This document shows positions 35,233 to 50,200 of a DNA stretch of 64,000 nt, piece by piece. A program made the position numbers and the translations under genes. Below the pieces are notes generated by a model that was given only the letters and a program-made list of their open reading frames with translations, ran no database searches and was not told the DNA's origin. The DNA lies in the NCBI RefSeq assembly GCF_964204645.1, contig NC_134034.1, positions 10,614,962 to 10,678,961 of the forward strand, given 5' to 3'. Positions within the stretch are counted from its first letter, which is position 1, and each line of letters opens with the position of its first letter. Source of the stretch: Tubulanus polymorphus. Lineage: Eukaryota; Animalia; Nemertea.

Positions 35233-38200
35233 TTAAAACAAAGGACCGGTTCGAAGTTCGTTTGACTGTTTACAACTCTGACACGAACAGGCGGACGGAA
35301 TTCGAATATTTCGTATAATCGCGCCGGTGCTTTTGCCGTCTTTCTCGCAGCTCAATTTCACCGGTTTCTCGACGAACTTACGCGTCTGGCAACACGTGCA
35401 CGTCTGCCGCTGCGGCGACATCGACGTCAGCCGGAAGGTGGCGCTGCTCTCGCAATAGCCGCGGCATTCGCGCAGGTCGTCGATGACCTCTTTGTTGCTG
35501 CAGACGCCGCGTTTCGCGTCGGTGACGGTGAAATAGTCGATCGTGTCGCGCGGACTTCCTTTCACAAGAATCGGACGGCAGTTCTCGCACTTGCTCGCTT
35601 CGCCTGAAAAAACATTGAACCCAAAATGAAATTGCAGGAATAGAGTGTGATTGTTGACCGAGGGGTAAGGACTCTCCTTACTCCTCGCACTATATATAGT
35701 TACTCTGAATATAATGTATATTGTGTCGATATTTTTTGTAACAATTTATTTTGCAAATAAATTCATTCATTCATTCAATATTCTACAAGCATAAACTCTG
35801 AATAAATACATTTAAAAGCGACTTTCCTTTTCCTCTTCTGTACTTGTTTCAAATAAGTAGTTCAGTTGAAAGTTACTTCCCTTCAACTGTTCAACTTCTT
35901 AATAAATACAGTTGAAAGGAACTTCCCCTGTACTTATTTCTAAATGAATAGTTCAGTTTAACCCTTTCAGTGCGTCTACACCGCAGTGCGGTGTATGAAT
36001 CTGTGATGGATTTTGCTAGTACACTGCACTGCAGTGTATTGGTGTAATTAGGTTTTATCTCTATTGAAAGATGGCAGCACCTGTCAAACATAGCGAAACA
36101 CAAGTAACTAACAATACACCGCACCGCGGTGTAGACGCATTATAGTGGTACGCCCGTTATTCAACACACTGGGTTTAATTTTTCAAAATTTTCAAATTAT
36201 CTCCAGCACTAAAGGGTATTGATTAGTCAGCACTGAAAGGGTTAAAGGAAAAGGTACTTCCCTTCAACTGTTCATATTCCTAAAACGGCCAGACAGCGAG
36301 TGTACCGGAATGATATTTACCTGCAGGTTTACACAGACGACAACAACCTTCATCATCGAATTCAGGTTCCGTCTGAAAACAGAAAACATAAAATATGTCT
36401 AATGTTAATCTGTATAGAACTGATTTTCGAATCACTCCGGAGTCGAGAAGTAAAATCCAGAAGTCAGTTCTGCGGTTCACGGTTAACAATGACTCAAATG
36501 AGTCAAATTCTAACCAACAGCTGTGGAACTGGGTCAAAAGTCTTCTGAAGTCCGTTCCATCGCAGCCTTGCTGAATTGTGACCAGCTCTATGACCGGACT
36601 CAAACAGAAAGACCGAAGTAATGATGATCTCCTTCCGGACACGGGTTTTAATGGGCGAATCACGAGTTAAATCAACAACAAAAAAAAACATCAGTCTGAT
36701 TTACCGCGTTGCATGTTCGTAGCAGCACCGGACAAGTCCTCAACGTTTCTATGACGAAAACTTCGGTTTTATTGCGCGTCAAGTAACACGTCGCTTCGTA
36801 ACACGTTTTATTCGTAGCTATCGATTCCCCAGGCTAAAAAAAATTAAGATGAAATCGGTTTTTTTTCAATATCAAATTTAGCTTGATGATGTCATAGGGG
36901 GATTTTAAGGAAGCAACCATCTTTTTAGTTCGATGATTTCATAGGGGGATTTTCAGAAGCAGCCATCTTTTTAGTTTGATGATATCATAGGGGGATTTTA
37001 AGGAAGCGGCCATCTTTTTAGTTTGATGATGTCATAGGAGTTATCTAGTGGAAGCAGCCATCGTTCTGGAAGGTTCTTAGATCAGGGGCCAGTTGTTTAA
37101 AAGTAGGTTTAGAGTTACCACGCGGATAAACGCCAAACTAACAATGAACATTGATACAAGAAAAATAATCTTTGAAAATCAACCGGTCGATCGAATCAGG
37201 TTCGTTTAAAAGGTTCGTACCTTGTAAATGACTCCGTCGACTACGCAGCACATTTCGTGGTACGTATGTATGGTGACGTCATCCTTCGGGTTGTCCCGTT
37301 TACACGCGAATAATTTACACGGTTGAGCCGGGTCGACCCAGGTTTCAGTGTCCTACGAGAAAAAATATAACGGCTTTTAATTAATACTGTGGATCCAGTT
37401 CAACAGTTGTGTGGTTTTGATATCACTCTGAACCCAGTTCCAAAGTTGTGTGTGTTTAATTTGTCTCTAGATCCAGTTCCACAGTTGCGTGGATTTAATT
37501 TGAGTCAGGACCCAGTCAGGTTTAATTTAACTCTGGAATCAGTTCCACAGGTTTAAGACTTAGAACCCAATTCTACAGTTGTGTGGGTTTAATTTGACTT
37601 TGGAGCCAATTCCACGATTGAACTCTGGAACCAATTGTGTGGATTTAATACGGTGATCTTGACGAGTTAAGTTTTCATCGGTAAATAATCAATTTTTTTT
37701 AAACTCTGGGTCAAATTTCACTCCAGACTGAACTGCAAAATCGGATCCATTCAAGTCTATCGTGTGGTTGACTCCAATAAAGAGGTCGGATCTTACTCCG
37801 AACTTACGTTAAACATTTTACTTTCGCCGTTAATCTTCGCGATGCATCTGTTTCTGATCGTCTCCTTACAGCAGACGTCGGTGCCGTCTTCGATGTAGTC
37901 CTCGTCGGGCGGTTTCGTCGGACATTTCTCGTCGATGCACTTCGCTTCGGCGCGTTTGGTCACATCGTCGATGACGACGCATTCGCACTCGCGACAATGT
38001 CCCACGTACCAGACGTCACCCGGCTAAACGGAAATAAACCGACAGTAGAGAAAGCAAGTCAATCTTTTCCACCCATTTATAAATTCCCTGATTCTTACTT
38101 GTGATTACACAAAATTCTTTAAGTGAATCAGAGAAATTTCTAGGTTTACTACGTTAAAATTCATTCATTTATCATTGAATCACGTATTGATAAAGAAACA

Positions 38201-41200
38201 CATCCGAATTCCATGAGTTTTCTAGGTTTTTAGTAAAATTTGTTAAATCTCTAATTTTTTCTAGATTTTTCTGATTCCCCGAGTTTTCCAGAATGAACTG
38301 GCACAAAATGAATTGGTGCTGCTACTACTGAGATTTGAGCGAAGTCTACTGTACCATCCAACTCAGATATCACTCTCGAGTCAAAAGATCAGATTTGAGC
38401 GGAGTCTACTGTACCATCCAACTTAGATATCACTGTCAAGTCAAAAGATCCGACTTGAGCGGAGTCTACTGTACCATCCAACTCAGATATCACTCTCAAG
38501 TCAAAAGATCCGACTTGAGCGGAGTCTACTGTATCATCCAACTCAGATATCACTCTCAAGTCAAAAGATCCGACTTGAGCGGAGTCCACTGTATCATCCA
38601 ACTCTGATATCACTCTCAAGTCAAAAGATCCGACTTGAGCGGAGTCTACGGTATCATCAAACTCAGATATCGTTCTTGAGTCAAAAGATCTAACGGAGTC
38701 GACTGTATCTCTACACAAAATACGTACCTGATAAACTTTCTGTTCACTTCTTTGATAAAGAACTGTCTTGTTTCCGTTCGGAGGGAAAATACAAATACCT
38801 GGTATCTTTACTGCAATGAATACCACGTAAAAATTATAACGTCATTATTCCGTAAGCTGGATAATTTCTTGACTCAAGTTCTACAGTTTGGAGTTTTGAC
38901 CCGGGAGTTAAAACTGAATTCAACTGAAGAGTTTTGAAGTGTGGAACTGCTGGAATTTTTAGAATTCTTAGAATTTTGGTTTCATCAAATGAAAACGCGT
39001 AAGGGAACTCACCACAATCTTCGTACACAGTACAGCCACAGATGTCCGTTCGTTTCTCGGCACTAAATCCCTGTCAAATAAACAATTGTACCAGAAATCT
39101 GCACCTCGGACCCGGTTCCATAGTCCAGACGTAAATCCAAAAGTGATCTTAAATCTTAACGCTGGTATTAGGTTGTTAAACCTAAGTCGGTCTTAGACTG
39201 GTCTTAAGTCTAAGCAATGACAATGGAACCGACCCCAGGGCCCAGTTCCATAGTCATGGCTTAGACTTAAGACCAATCTTAGACCATCTTAGTTCTATAA
39301 CCAATCCAATAACTCTTAAAATTTAAGACCATTTTTGGACTTAAGTCTCAACTGAGGAACCAGCCCCAGGAGTCTTACACTACTTTAAAACACCCTTAAA
39401 ATATTCTTAGCCAAGTTCATTTTGTAGTCCGATTTATCGTTTCGACTAGGAAAATTCAACCCCAATGAAAAACCCTTAAGAAACTGAAAGAACTTGGCTT
39501 TGATTGAGTAAAAGTCCTAAAATGTTCTTGAGATTTGCTATGTGCGCTTGGTGTATCTACTTAACTTACCAACGGGCACTCAGGAGGAAAAGCTGTTTTA
39601 CACAAATCCGGGCATTCTACAAAAAACCGAAATGGAGCATGAAATGAGTTTTTGATCAACTTGAAGAAGCATAGCTATCTTTTCCATTTCATGGATGTGG
39701 ACACCCGTTTAGTTTGATGATGTTGGGATTTTGAGGAAACAGCCATCTTTTTACTTTGTTGATATCATAGGGGGATTTTAAGGAAGCTGCCATATTTTTA
39801 GTTCGATGATGTCATAGGGGGATTTTAAGAAAGCAGCCATCTTTTTAGTTTGATGATGTCATAGGGGGATTTTAAGGAAGCAGCCACCTTTTTAGTTTGA
39901 TGATATCATAGGGGGATTTTAAGGAAGCGGCCATCTTTTGTTTGATGATGTCATAGGAGTTATCTAGTGGAAGCAGCCATCTTTCTGGAAGGTTTTGGGA
40001 TCAGGGGCCAGTTGTTGAAAAGTAGGTTTAGAGTTACCACGCGGATAAATGCCATAGTAACAATGAACTTTTAAATGTCACTATGTCAACTATCCACTGG
40101 TAAACTGTAAACAAATTTTAAGCAACTGGCCCAAGATAAATACCATGATAGTGACAATAAACTTCTTATTGTCACTATGTCAACTATTGACTGGTTAACT
40201 CAAACCTTTGACTCAAACTTTTGAGCAACTTGCCCCCAGTTTAGTCCGTATGATAAAACCAGCTCAATCAAAGTTCGAATATCGATTGAATTGTGATACT
40301 TACTGCATTCGAACTCGGCGCAACATTCGCCGGGATTTTTCTGCACGAGTTTCTGCGGTTCGACGCACGACAGCGCCGACACCTCCGGACACCGAGTCGG
40401 TTCGCATTTGACCATCGATTCCTTGCAGCAGGCGTCGACGTTGACGAGCACCTCGACTTCGCCCGGTTTCAAATCGGGAATCTTCAACGGTTTGCACGTG
40501 ACAAGCGAACACGGATCTGCGAACGAAGATGATGCGGCCGGTTACTTAGCAGCGGTGCGAACGAGTTCATTCCGGAATCAGGGATAAAATACAAGGGCGG
40601 ATCTAGGATTCTTTGAATTTGAAAAGGGCAGATAAGGCAATGCGAGCGAAACATTGCTGGTGGGTTCTGTTGAACCTACCATAGAAAATTTGGGACAAAA
40701 GGGCCATTTTTGGCCCTTATCATCAACCATTTAGATTTATTTTAGTCTTTTTAAAATCTTTTTTGCAAAAAACCAAGCCAAGAAATGAAAAGTTTTCATT
40801 GGGGACACGAGAAAAAGGTTTCTGGGTTTTTGCCTAACTTTTATCGGGTCCAACAAACCATGGACTGTATTTAAATGTAGCTCTGACCCTTTGTTTTATC
40901 AATTGCAAGAGTTTCTTTGAATTTTACCTATAGTTGTAGGAGGCTGTGTGGTTATAGGAGGCTGTGTAGTGGGAGGCTGTGTAGTCGCAGTCTCTGTTGT
41001 TGTCGTCGTGGCTGCAAAATACAAGCAATAGCAAATAGCGAATTAGTCTCCTGACATTGGTCCAAAATCATAGGATCAATCTTAATTTATAATATCAGAA
41101 CAGTTGTATGACCTTCTGCCTGGCCTATAGCACAGCCATGAATTAAGTCAAACGGAGATATGTATCCTAAATTATCCTATACACAGTTTTAAGTATTTAC

Positions 41201-44200
41201 ATTAGCTTTAGAACCAAAATGAGCTTAGACTAGTCTTAAGTAATTACACCCGCTTAAGAAGCAAAACGAGTTAACCTCTTCGCTACCATGCGCGACGTAT
41301 ATTTACGTCGCAAATATATTCATTTACTACAATTGCTGGTGTGGTGAGTCACTACGCCGCTGGTGTATAGACGTACTTAATGATCGTCTGCTTCAATTCA
41401 GTTACACTATTTGCTCATAGATGGCGAATCAGTGCCTCAAATACTGAACTGAATCGAAAATAAATATGAATATGGGAAAATGCTCTTGTGAGGGGCGTAA
41501 CATTACCTATGGTAGCGAAGAGGTTAAGACTGGTCTAAAGTTGTCAGATAAATCCAAAATGAGCTGCGTTCTACTTACGACAGTCGATTTCGTCGTTGTC
41601 GCAATCATTTTTGCCGTCGCAGCGCAGATTTCTGTCGATACACGTGTGATTACCGCACAACCACTGTTCCGGCGGACACGTCAAACATGTACACTTACAG
41701 TCATTATCAATTAGCTCTCCCAGGTACGACTCCTAGAGTGTTATGAAAAGAAAATAAAAATCAGTTTTGGTTATAGATAAGCTTACCTAAAATAAACTTA
41801 GACTGGTCTTAAGTTGTTAGATAGGATACAAAACCAAGATGAACTTAGACTGGTCTTAAGTTTTTATTTAGGTTACAAAACCAAAATGAACTTAGGCTGG
41901 TCTTAAGTTGTTAGATAGGATACAAAACCAAGATGAACTTAGACTGGTCTTAAGTTTTTATTTAGGTTACGAAACCAAAATGAACTTGGGCTGGTCTTAA
42001 GTTGTTAGATGAGTTTAAACTGGTCTTAAGTTGTTAGATGGGTTTTAGAACCAAAATGAGCTTAACGCCGGTTTTAATCTAAAACCTGACTATTCAATGA
42101 TATGTTTCTTTTACCTCGGGGCACGCAGGGCAGACTTTAATATGACAAATCAGCGACGCATTGAAACACCGACAAGTCTCGCATTTCTCGTTCACCACCA
42201 GATCACCAGGCGGCACCACCGTATCGTTATAAACGCAGGGACATTTGAATGGATGTACGCAATCTTTGCCGTTACAGAGCGTTCCCGGTACCGGGCAGAC
42301 TGACGGACATTGCGAGCCGTCGTCTATCCCCGGACACAGAATCGGTGGTGGAATCGTCGTAATTTCTGGAGTGGTCACAATCTTTGGAGTGGTCACAATC
42401 TCCGGAGTGGTCACAATCTTCGGAGTCGTAGCTGAAAAGGAAAGAAGTTCGATAAGTTCAAGGATCCAATTTCGAAGCGTGTCTGAAGTTGTAAGATTGA
42501 CTTTAGAACTCGGATGTTCTTAGGCTGGTCTTTAGTTAGATACTCTTATTAGTCCATCCTTAGATGCTTTTAAATCTCAAATGAAGACGCACCTTTTTAC
42601 CATTTTTTGACGCCTTATAAAACGCTACCATTATGAAATCTAAACAATGTTAACCATTCAACGTCATTTTACAAACGACAACCGTAAATCTATGTGCAAA
42701 ACGTCACAGGTCTATGCGTACACATACAAGCAATTTGGCAAAATATTATTGACAAAGATGTAGAATGGCTTCCTGTGATTATATAATGACCTATATTTGA
42801 ACGACGAAATGTTATATTGCATAGAATATAATTAGAAGACGTATTGAAATGGTGAAGGATGTATGATTATAGCCGCGTTCACACTAGATTAGGCACTTAT
42901 GAGGTACCGTACTTCGCTGGCGCCGAATTCACCAAAATACGGCGCTCATTCAGCCATTTACGTTCACACTACGAGTCGCGATTCAGTGCTTACTAAGCCC
43001 AGTATAGTAGTCACCCAGTGTGCCAAAAGAGGGCAGTGTAATTAGTGCTAAGCGTTTTGTACTACGAGGATGTGAATACGCGGCTAGCTAAGCGCCGTAC
43101 AGAGATCGGGTTTTCGGCTTAATAAGCCGCGTATTTCAGTACGGAACTGAATAAGCCGCGAATAGGCCTCGAATTATTTCCTAGTGTGAACGCTTAGTAC
43201 CGTACTGAAATCCTAGTGTGAACGCCGCTTATATCAGGCGGCAGGCATAAATAGAAATGATAAGTAAATCGGATTATTCGGTTAAATGGCGGATGTATAC
43301 ACGATTAGGAAGTCTGATATAAAAGTCAGACCCTGACATGGGGATGCTGGTGGAATGACGAAGCTATCTACGATCTGTGTAGGACCGGCGGCGTTAATTT
43401 CATCAGCGGCTACAAGCGGTCTATATAAAAATATGTAAATATATAATTTCAATATTCAAATATTTTAGAAAATATGTTCAATATTAGGGGTATGCGGGTT
43501 TCATGAGATTAGCAATTTATAATAGCATAGTTGTCATATATACGGCTCCGTGTCCTCTGATGGCATGTGTATTTCAATTCAATTCAATTCTTTATTGATC
43601 CTTATAACATTGAAATTCCGCGATAAAATTCCCAAATTCAATAAAGTTACGAATTTTAAAATAAGAAAATACAACATACAAGACACACGGGTAATTCATA
43701 CAGAATAACATAAACAAGTTATCTTAAATGACACTGTCTACTTCAACCCAGACTCAAGATAGGATATCGAATGACAGCCAAACCGGGCCCAGGGACCAGG
43801 CCGGCTGGCTAGACCACACGATATGCTCGAAGTCATGATGGTGGCAGACATCAGAAGAGCTCTTTCTTCAACCATGGAGGCAATGATGAAGTTTCAATGA
43901 CAATTTTCAATAAAAAATTAAACCACTACTCAGTAGTCGAAGACCTGTATCATCTACCCAATCGCCAAATCTCATATTTCCCCAAATTTCTTAAAACTTC
44001 GATTTCAAATTTGCAATTCCACATTAGATTATCCGAAAAATTCTACATTTTTTTCGCAGGCGTTGAATAATTTTCTTGTTGTCTCCCATATTCTTTTATA
44101 TATAACTGTTGTTTTACCATTTCTAAATTCATGCATCAGCCAAAGAGCATATTTCATATGGAATCATGGGAATAAACATTAATAATATCAATAATTATTA

Positions 44201-47200
44201 TAATAATTATTACTAGCAACTCGATTAACAGAGAAATCTATAAGCATCTCCTGTACTGTCATCTGGTTACAGAAGCGAGGATGAGGCAAGAGGTTTAAAA
44301 TTTACGCGGGCCAACTACTTACAACCGAAAGTGCAGTTCGGTAAAGTCAAACTGTTCTGGCAGTAAATACGATCGCCGAGTCGATACGTCGTGTAACCCG
44401 GCGGACACTTGCAAAAACTGCACAAAATCGAATAATCTTGTTCGAGGCAATCGCACGAAACGTCGCATAAACACCGAGCTTCACAAACTGAAATAAAAGT
44501 CCAATGGCCCTGTGGCTTACCATCAAGTCATCGAGTGCATATATTGTCAAAAATATTATACTAACTATAAATTAATTTGGATCGCAATCAAATGTAGAAT
44601 AGATTACCGAATTAAAACCATCAACTGACGATATGCTGAACAAACTCTTCAAACAACGATCTTTTATTCTAAATCTAATCACTTCATTAATTCTTAGCCC
44701 CTTATTACACGATTAATACATTACAAGATATTATTATACTCGCAATTTCCAGATTTTATCATCCTCGAATTAAATCAAAATACGCGCCCAACGCACGATT
44801 TCTCTCAGTCTCATCTGTGTTTGTTTTTGACAGCACGCGTGTGATAACTATGCTGTAATAAGATAAAACCCCACTATCTATAGATTAAAAGAATTTAAAA
44901 ACAAGAATTGATTTATTTAATCTAAAATATATATAAGACACGACGTTTCGATCTCACACTAGAGATCATCGTCAGGTGAGTTTTAAGACGTTGTGTCTTA
45001 TATATATTTTAGATTGAATAAATAAATTCTTGTTTTTAAATTCTTTTAATCTGTAAATAGTGGGTTTTTATCTTATTATCCGTTCACCACGTTTGAGTGT
45101 GGTTATCGTTCTACTATGCTGTACGTTCTCTATTGATCGCTTCGCACGGATTTCCGTAGTACGATACCGATATATATATATAAGGGTATATGTGTGTAGA
45201 CTAGCTCCCACCTCTAAATCAGTTGAAAAAACTGACTGTTGATTAGATGAAAATCTGAAAGCATTCCACTGCCCGCTATTGTCTACAGAGGGCCATAAGG
45301 GCCTGTAGGTCGAAAAGTAAATTGAGATCAGTCGAACTAAAAACGGTAACACTTCCAGGAAGGATTGAACTTTTATATATTTCAATTCCAAGCATGCAAA
45401 TTGTCATATGTAAAAACGTGCCATTACTTACTGCTGAAAAGCGGGGTTTTTGCGTGTTTTTCAAGGATAAGTCCCCTAAAAATAACTCGATCACTATGAA
45501 ATTTTTGTGGGCTCGAGAACTCATTATAAGCCAAACCATGACACCAAAAATCAACACTATTGGTTCAACAGCGAAATGTTTGTGCCTTGTTGACACACCG
45601 GTACTCTATTCATTTTCGATGAAAACTGCTTCATCAGACCGTTGACATAGGCAAACCTACGGTTCGCCAAAAATAAGAAACGCGAAATAGATACTTTCGT
45701 ATTTCAGATGAGGCTATTTAGTCACAAGACTTTCAGCCCAACTTCAGTACAAAATCTACTCCCCTCTGCCTCTGCCTCTCCCTTTCTCACCCTCCCCATC
45801 TTTTTTCCTCTCCCTCAACAAGTACTTACCTTGTTTTGTTGTAGTTGGTATTGTCGTTGAGAGAGAATATTCCTCTTCGCCGCCTTTGAACAAAAAATGG
45901 TTAAGCATTCACCTTAACGTTATCACTGAATGAGTGAACTTGGTAAATGAGTATGGACTGATAATCTGATGTAGAAGATTAATGAATAATCCCACAATTG
46001 ATGATATTTCGAAGTTTATCGATCGGAAATTTTCGAGATTCATCTTAAATCTCATCTTCAGGGAAACAGTGATAAAAAATAGTTTACTGTCACGAGAGAA
46101 ATCCCACAATATATGCAGCCAAAATTGAAAACTTCCAAACTTCTATAGTAAAATGATATCTACATTTCGAGCAACATTTCGGCCTAATAGTAAGCCGAAA
46201 CGTTGCTCGAAATATCATTTTAACCCTTTCAGTGCATATACACCGTAGTGTGGTGTATGAATCGGTGATGGATTTTGCTAGTACACCGCACTGTGGTGTA
46301 TTGGTGTTATTAGTTTTTATCTCTATTGAAAGATGGCAGCACCTATCAAACATAGTGAAATATTAGTAACTAACGATACACCGCGCCGCGGTGTAGACGC
46401 ACTATAGAGGTATTCCCGTTATTCGACACACTAGGGCGGAATTTTTCAAAATTTTCAAATTCTCTCCAGCACTATAGGGTATTGATTAGTCAGCACTGAA
46501 AGGGTTACTATAGAACTTTTCATTTTTGGCTGAATTTATTGTGGGATTTCTCTCAGTATTCAAATAAACTTTGAAATATCATTGTTATCAGCTGTTCATT
46601 AGTGGTTTGACCTATTTGTTCCAAAGATTTCTCGACGTGGCTTGAACGTTACCTGGTAATGTTGTCATAGGTGGCCTCGCTGTCTTTTCCATCGGGGTCG
46701 TTCTGCCGAGATCAGATTTCGGCGTGGCTGGCAAGGAAAAAACCAAATCAATAATAATAACAATATATAATAATAATTACAGGTATTTAAAGTGCCAGTA
46801 TCCACTGCAAAGTGATCGCTGACACCTGGCTAGTGGGATAGGATATCGAGCAGCTGCCCGTGAAAATAAATGGGTCTTAAGACTTCGCATGAAGACAGCG
46901 ACGCTGCTGGCAGCTCTTATATAACGTGGAATAATATTCCACAGGCGTGGGGCAGCTCTTGAAAAAGCACGGTCTCCAAGCGAGGCTAGCCTACTCCTGG
47001 GTTGTGCCAATAGTAAGTTGTCTTTAGATGGCAAGGCACGCGTTTGGGCGTACTAAGTGTCAAGTGTGGAGCGGTGTGGCCGAGTGGTTAGAGCGTTCGA
47101 CTCTGGGAAGCCAGGTCGCGGGTTCGAACCCCGTACATTGCCGTAATGTCCTCAGGCAAGACACTTATCCTCATTGCCTCTCTCCACCCAGGAGTAAATG

Positions 47201-50200
47201 GGTACCTGGCCTGATAGATGCCTCCTGAGCGTTTGTTAGCAGCTCGGTGTTACTTCTCCCCAGGGAGAGATGACTGATACATGTTAGAGTATAAAATTGG
47301 CTGGGGTAATAATATCGAAAAATTTAAAGCGCTCTGAGCAGCCTGGCTGGATTTAGCGCTATATAGGACACATATTATATTATTATTCCTGCAGGTATGG
47401 TGGAGCGAAACCATTGATACATTTATATGTTAGTAATCAATCATTTTAAAAAATAAGAAGGGAGCAAATGGTCGCCCTGTTATGATAAAGTAAAAACTAT
47501 TTCACTTACTTCCGCACGGACAGTAAAAACGAACCATCATATCGACGCAGTAAGGCGGATTCGGATTGTTGTCAGCTCGGCAGACATAACCGATCGTACG
47601 GTCACACGTATCGTTCAATCCGACCATCGACGATAGCGTCGTATTGAATCCGTACATCGCGCACTGGATTCGCGACGGCGCGTCGCAGAATTCGTTCGAT
47701 TCGCGAATCTTATCGATCAGTTCGAATTCACCGACGCCGCTCTGCGGGCGACCTGCGCGTCGAGAGAGAGAGACGGAGAATCGTAAACTTACGTATTATT
47801 GATTTAGACACAGCGACCAGTTGCACAGTCGTGACTTAAGTCTAAAAGTGGTCTTAAATCTTAAGTCTGGTCTTAAGGTATTAGATTGGCTTTAGAACTA
47901 GGTTGGTCTTAGACTGGTCTTAAGTCTAAAGCCATGACTATGCAACCAGCCCCAGAAGCCAGTTGCACAGTTAGGTCTTAGTGGTGATAATTTGAAAATT
48001 TTTGAAAAATTCCACCCGTGTGTTGTATAATGGGCATGCCAGCTCATTTTGGTTCTATGACCAATCTAACAACTAAGACCAGTCTGAGCTCATTTTAGTT
48101 CTATAACCAATCTAACAACTTAAGACCAGTCTAAACTCATTTCGGTTCTATGACCAATCTAACAACTTAAGACCAGTCTAAACTCATTTCGGTTCTATAA
48201 CCAATCTAACAACTTATGACCAGACTGAGCTCATTTTGGTTCTATAACCAATCTATAAGTATTCACGAGTCTAAAAACAAATTGTGTGACAACTGTCCAA
48301 CTGACCCAAGGATCACAGTTTAGATAAATTAGATCTTTTTCCCAATATTTTCATGAAACAATTACCTGTTGATATCCAGTCGGTCCATGTGCAGTTTTTG
48401 TGAATGGTGATTGTTGGTTTAGTAGTGATGCCGGGAGTCGTTTGGACCTCGGTGACTGCAGGAGTCGTCGCTTTCGGGGTCGTCTGCTTACACAAATCAT
48501 CCTTGACGCATTTGACGCCTGACTCCGTACAGATACACGCAGTACAGTCGTCTTTATTCCAAGTTGTCAATGGCTGCAATAGAATAATGATGAATCAATG
48601 GAAAAGGGATAAAGGGGAATTAACATAGATTCACGGGATTTATCTTTAGCTAGATAGACTAGTTGTGGTATGGCTGTCTACAAATCCCCTTATGACATCA
48701 CCATGCATATCCTCATATGAATTATAACACACATCAAAATATGAAATTCTTTCTGACATCATCAAATAGTCATAGAAGACAATTTGATGATGTCATTGGG
48801 GGATTTATAGAGGCGACCATTTTTTCTGGAAGTGTCTAAAGATTTGATGATGTCATAGGGGACTTAAAGAGACAGACATCTTTTCTGAAAGTGTCTATAG
48901 ATTAATTTGATGATGTCATAGGGGGATTTATGGAGGTCGTCTGTTACTCACGGGAACCTCGTTTCCTGAGTCGTCGATGCACGTGCAATTAGCCTTCGGA
49001 ACGCACTTTAACGATCGGTCGTAGAACCAGCCGTCGGGACACGAGGAGTCGCGTTCCTTACAGCCCGGGATACACGTGCTGTTCACGCATAGTCCCATCT
49101 CGTGAGACAGAACCAGCGCCGAGTGACATAACCGCGAACATCTATACCGACACTCGTCCCAGTCGCTACCTGGCGGGCAAATCGCTGTTTTCAAAAAAAA
49201 AAACAAAACAAAAAAGTAGAAATTATGTAAAAGGGGAACGAAATTATTTCGACTTGAGTATTCCTGAGATAAATATTAGGAAATAGTTGAAACATTGAAT
49301 GTTACTTCGATCAAAGAAATATTTCTGAATCGTTTTATTCTCAGTGTGCAGGGATTTTATAAATTTCATCAATTGGTATTTTCTAATCTCCTCTGATCTT
49401 GTTCTTCTGATCCTTAACTCAGACTAATTTTGCTGCTGGTCCCTGGTTTGTGCGAGTTAGGTTTACCTGTTGTGGTTGGGCGAGTCGTCTGCTCAGGCGT
49501 CGTCTGCTCAGGTGGCGTCGTCTGCTCAGGAGTCGTCGTCTGCGCTGGCGTCGTGGTCGTACCTGACGTAGTCGTCGTCGTAAAGGCCGCGCAGCCGAGC
49601 ACTTCGAAACGCATCGCGACATTATCACCGCTCCACAGTTCGGGAATCACGCGCACGTAACGCGCTGTCACGTTCTTGTGAAACAAAACCTCGACGGTGC
49701 TCTCCGCGTTCGAGTTTCCGTCGAACATCACCGGTTTACCTTTGTTCTACAAAAAGAATGCAATAAAAATTTGCACCTGCAAATGTGGTGAAGTTAGCAA
49801 ATTCTAAGTAATAACAGCAAAAATTGGGATTTGAACCCAACGAGGCTAGACGCCAGCTAAAACCATTTTACTACTAAAAGCCTAACCCTTCCCTAACCTA
49901 CCCTATTACCTACAATGCATAACCCTAACCTTGACCCTAAACTCTTATTTTCTGCAGTTGACAAAACCGCCATTTGGCTTTTTAATGCCTGTCCATGGAA
50001 ATGAGAAAAAATTGTTCACCGTTGATCTCAAGTGACCACACTGACCTTGAAAATGTGGAAAGTCTGTCCATTTTTGCTGGTCATCACATAAAACTTTGTG
50101 ACGTAAGATCCAAGTCGCGCGTTTCCTTGCAGCTGCAATCCGGATACCGTAGTCTCGTGGCCGAGATCCACTTGTATCCACTGTTCACCATCGGAGATTC

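Noticed and set aside
38335-38826. 20-aa repeat proteins on both strands
   Set aside because: 60-bp intronic minisatellite; flanking mucin exons join in frame without it.
47068-47140. tRNA gene
   Set aside because: A and B boxes present but no proper acceptor stem; continues into CORE body and L2-type tail, so it is a SINE head.
49880-49942. Telomere-like (CCCTAA) stretch
   Set aside because: Short and degenerate; no evidence for an interstitial telomere or fusion site.
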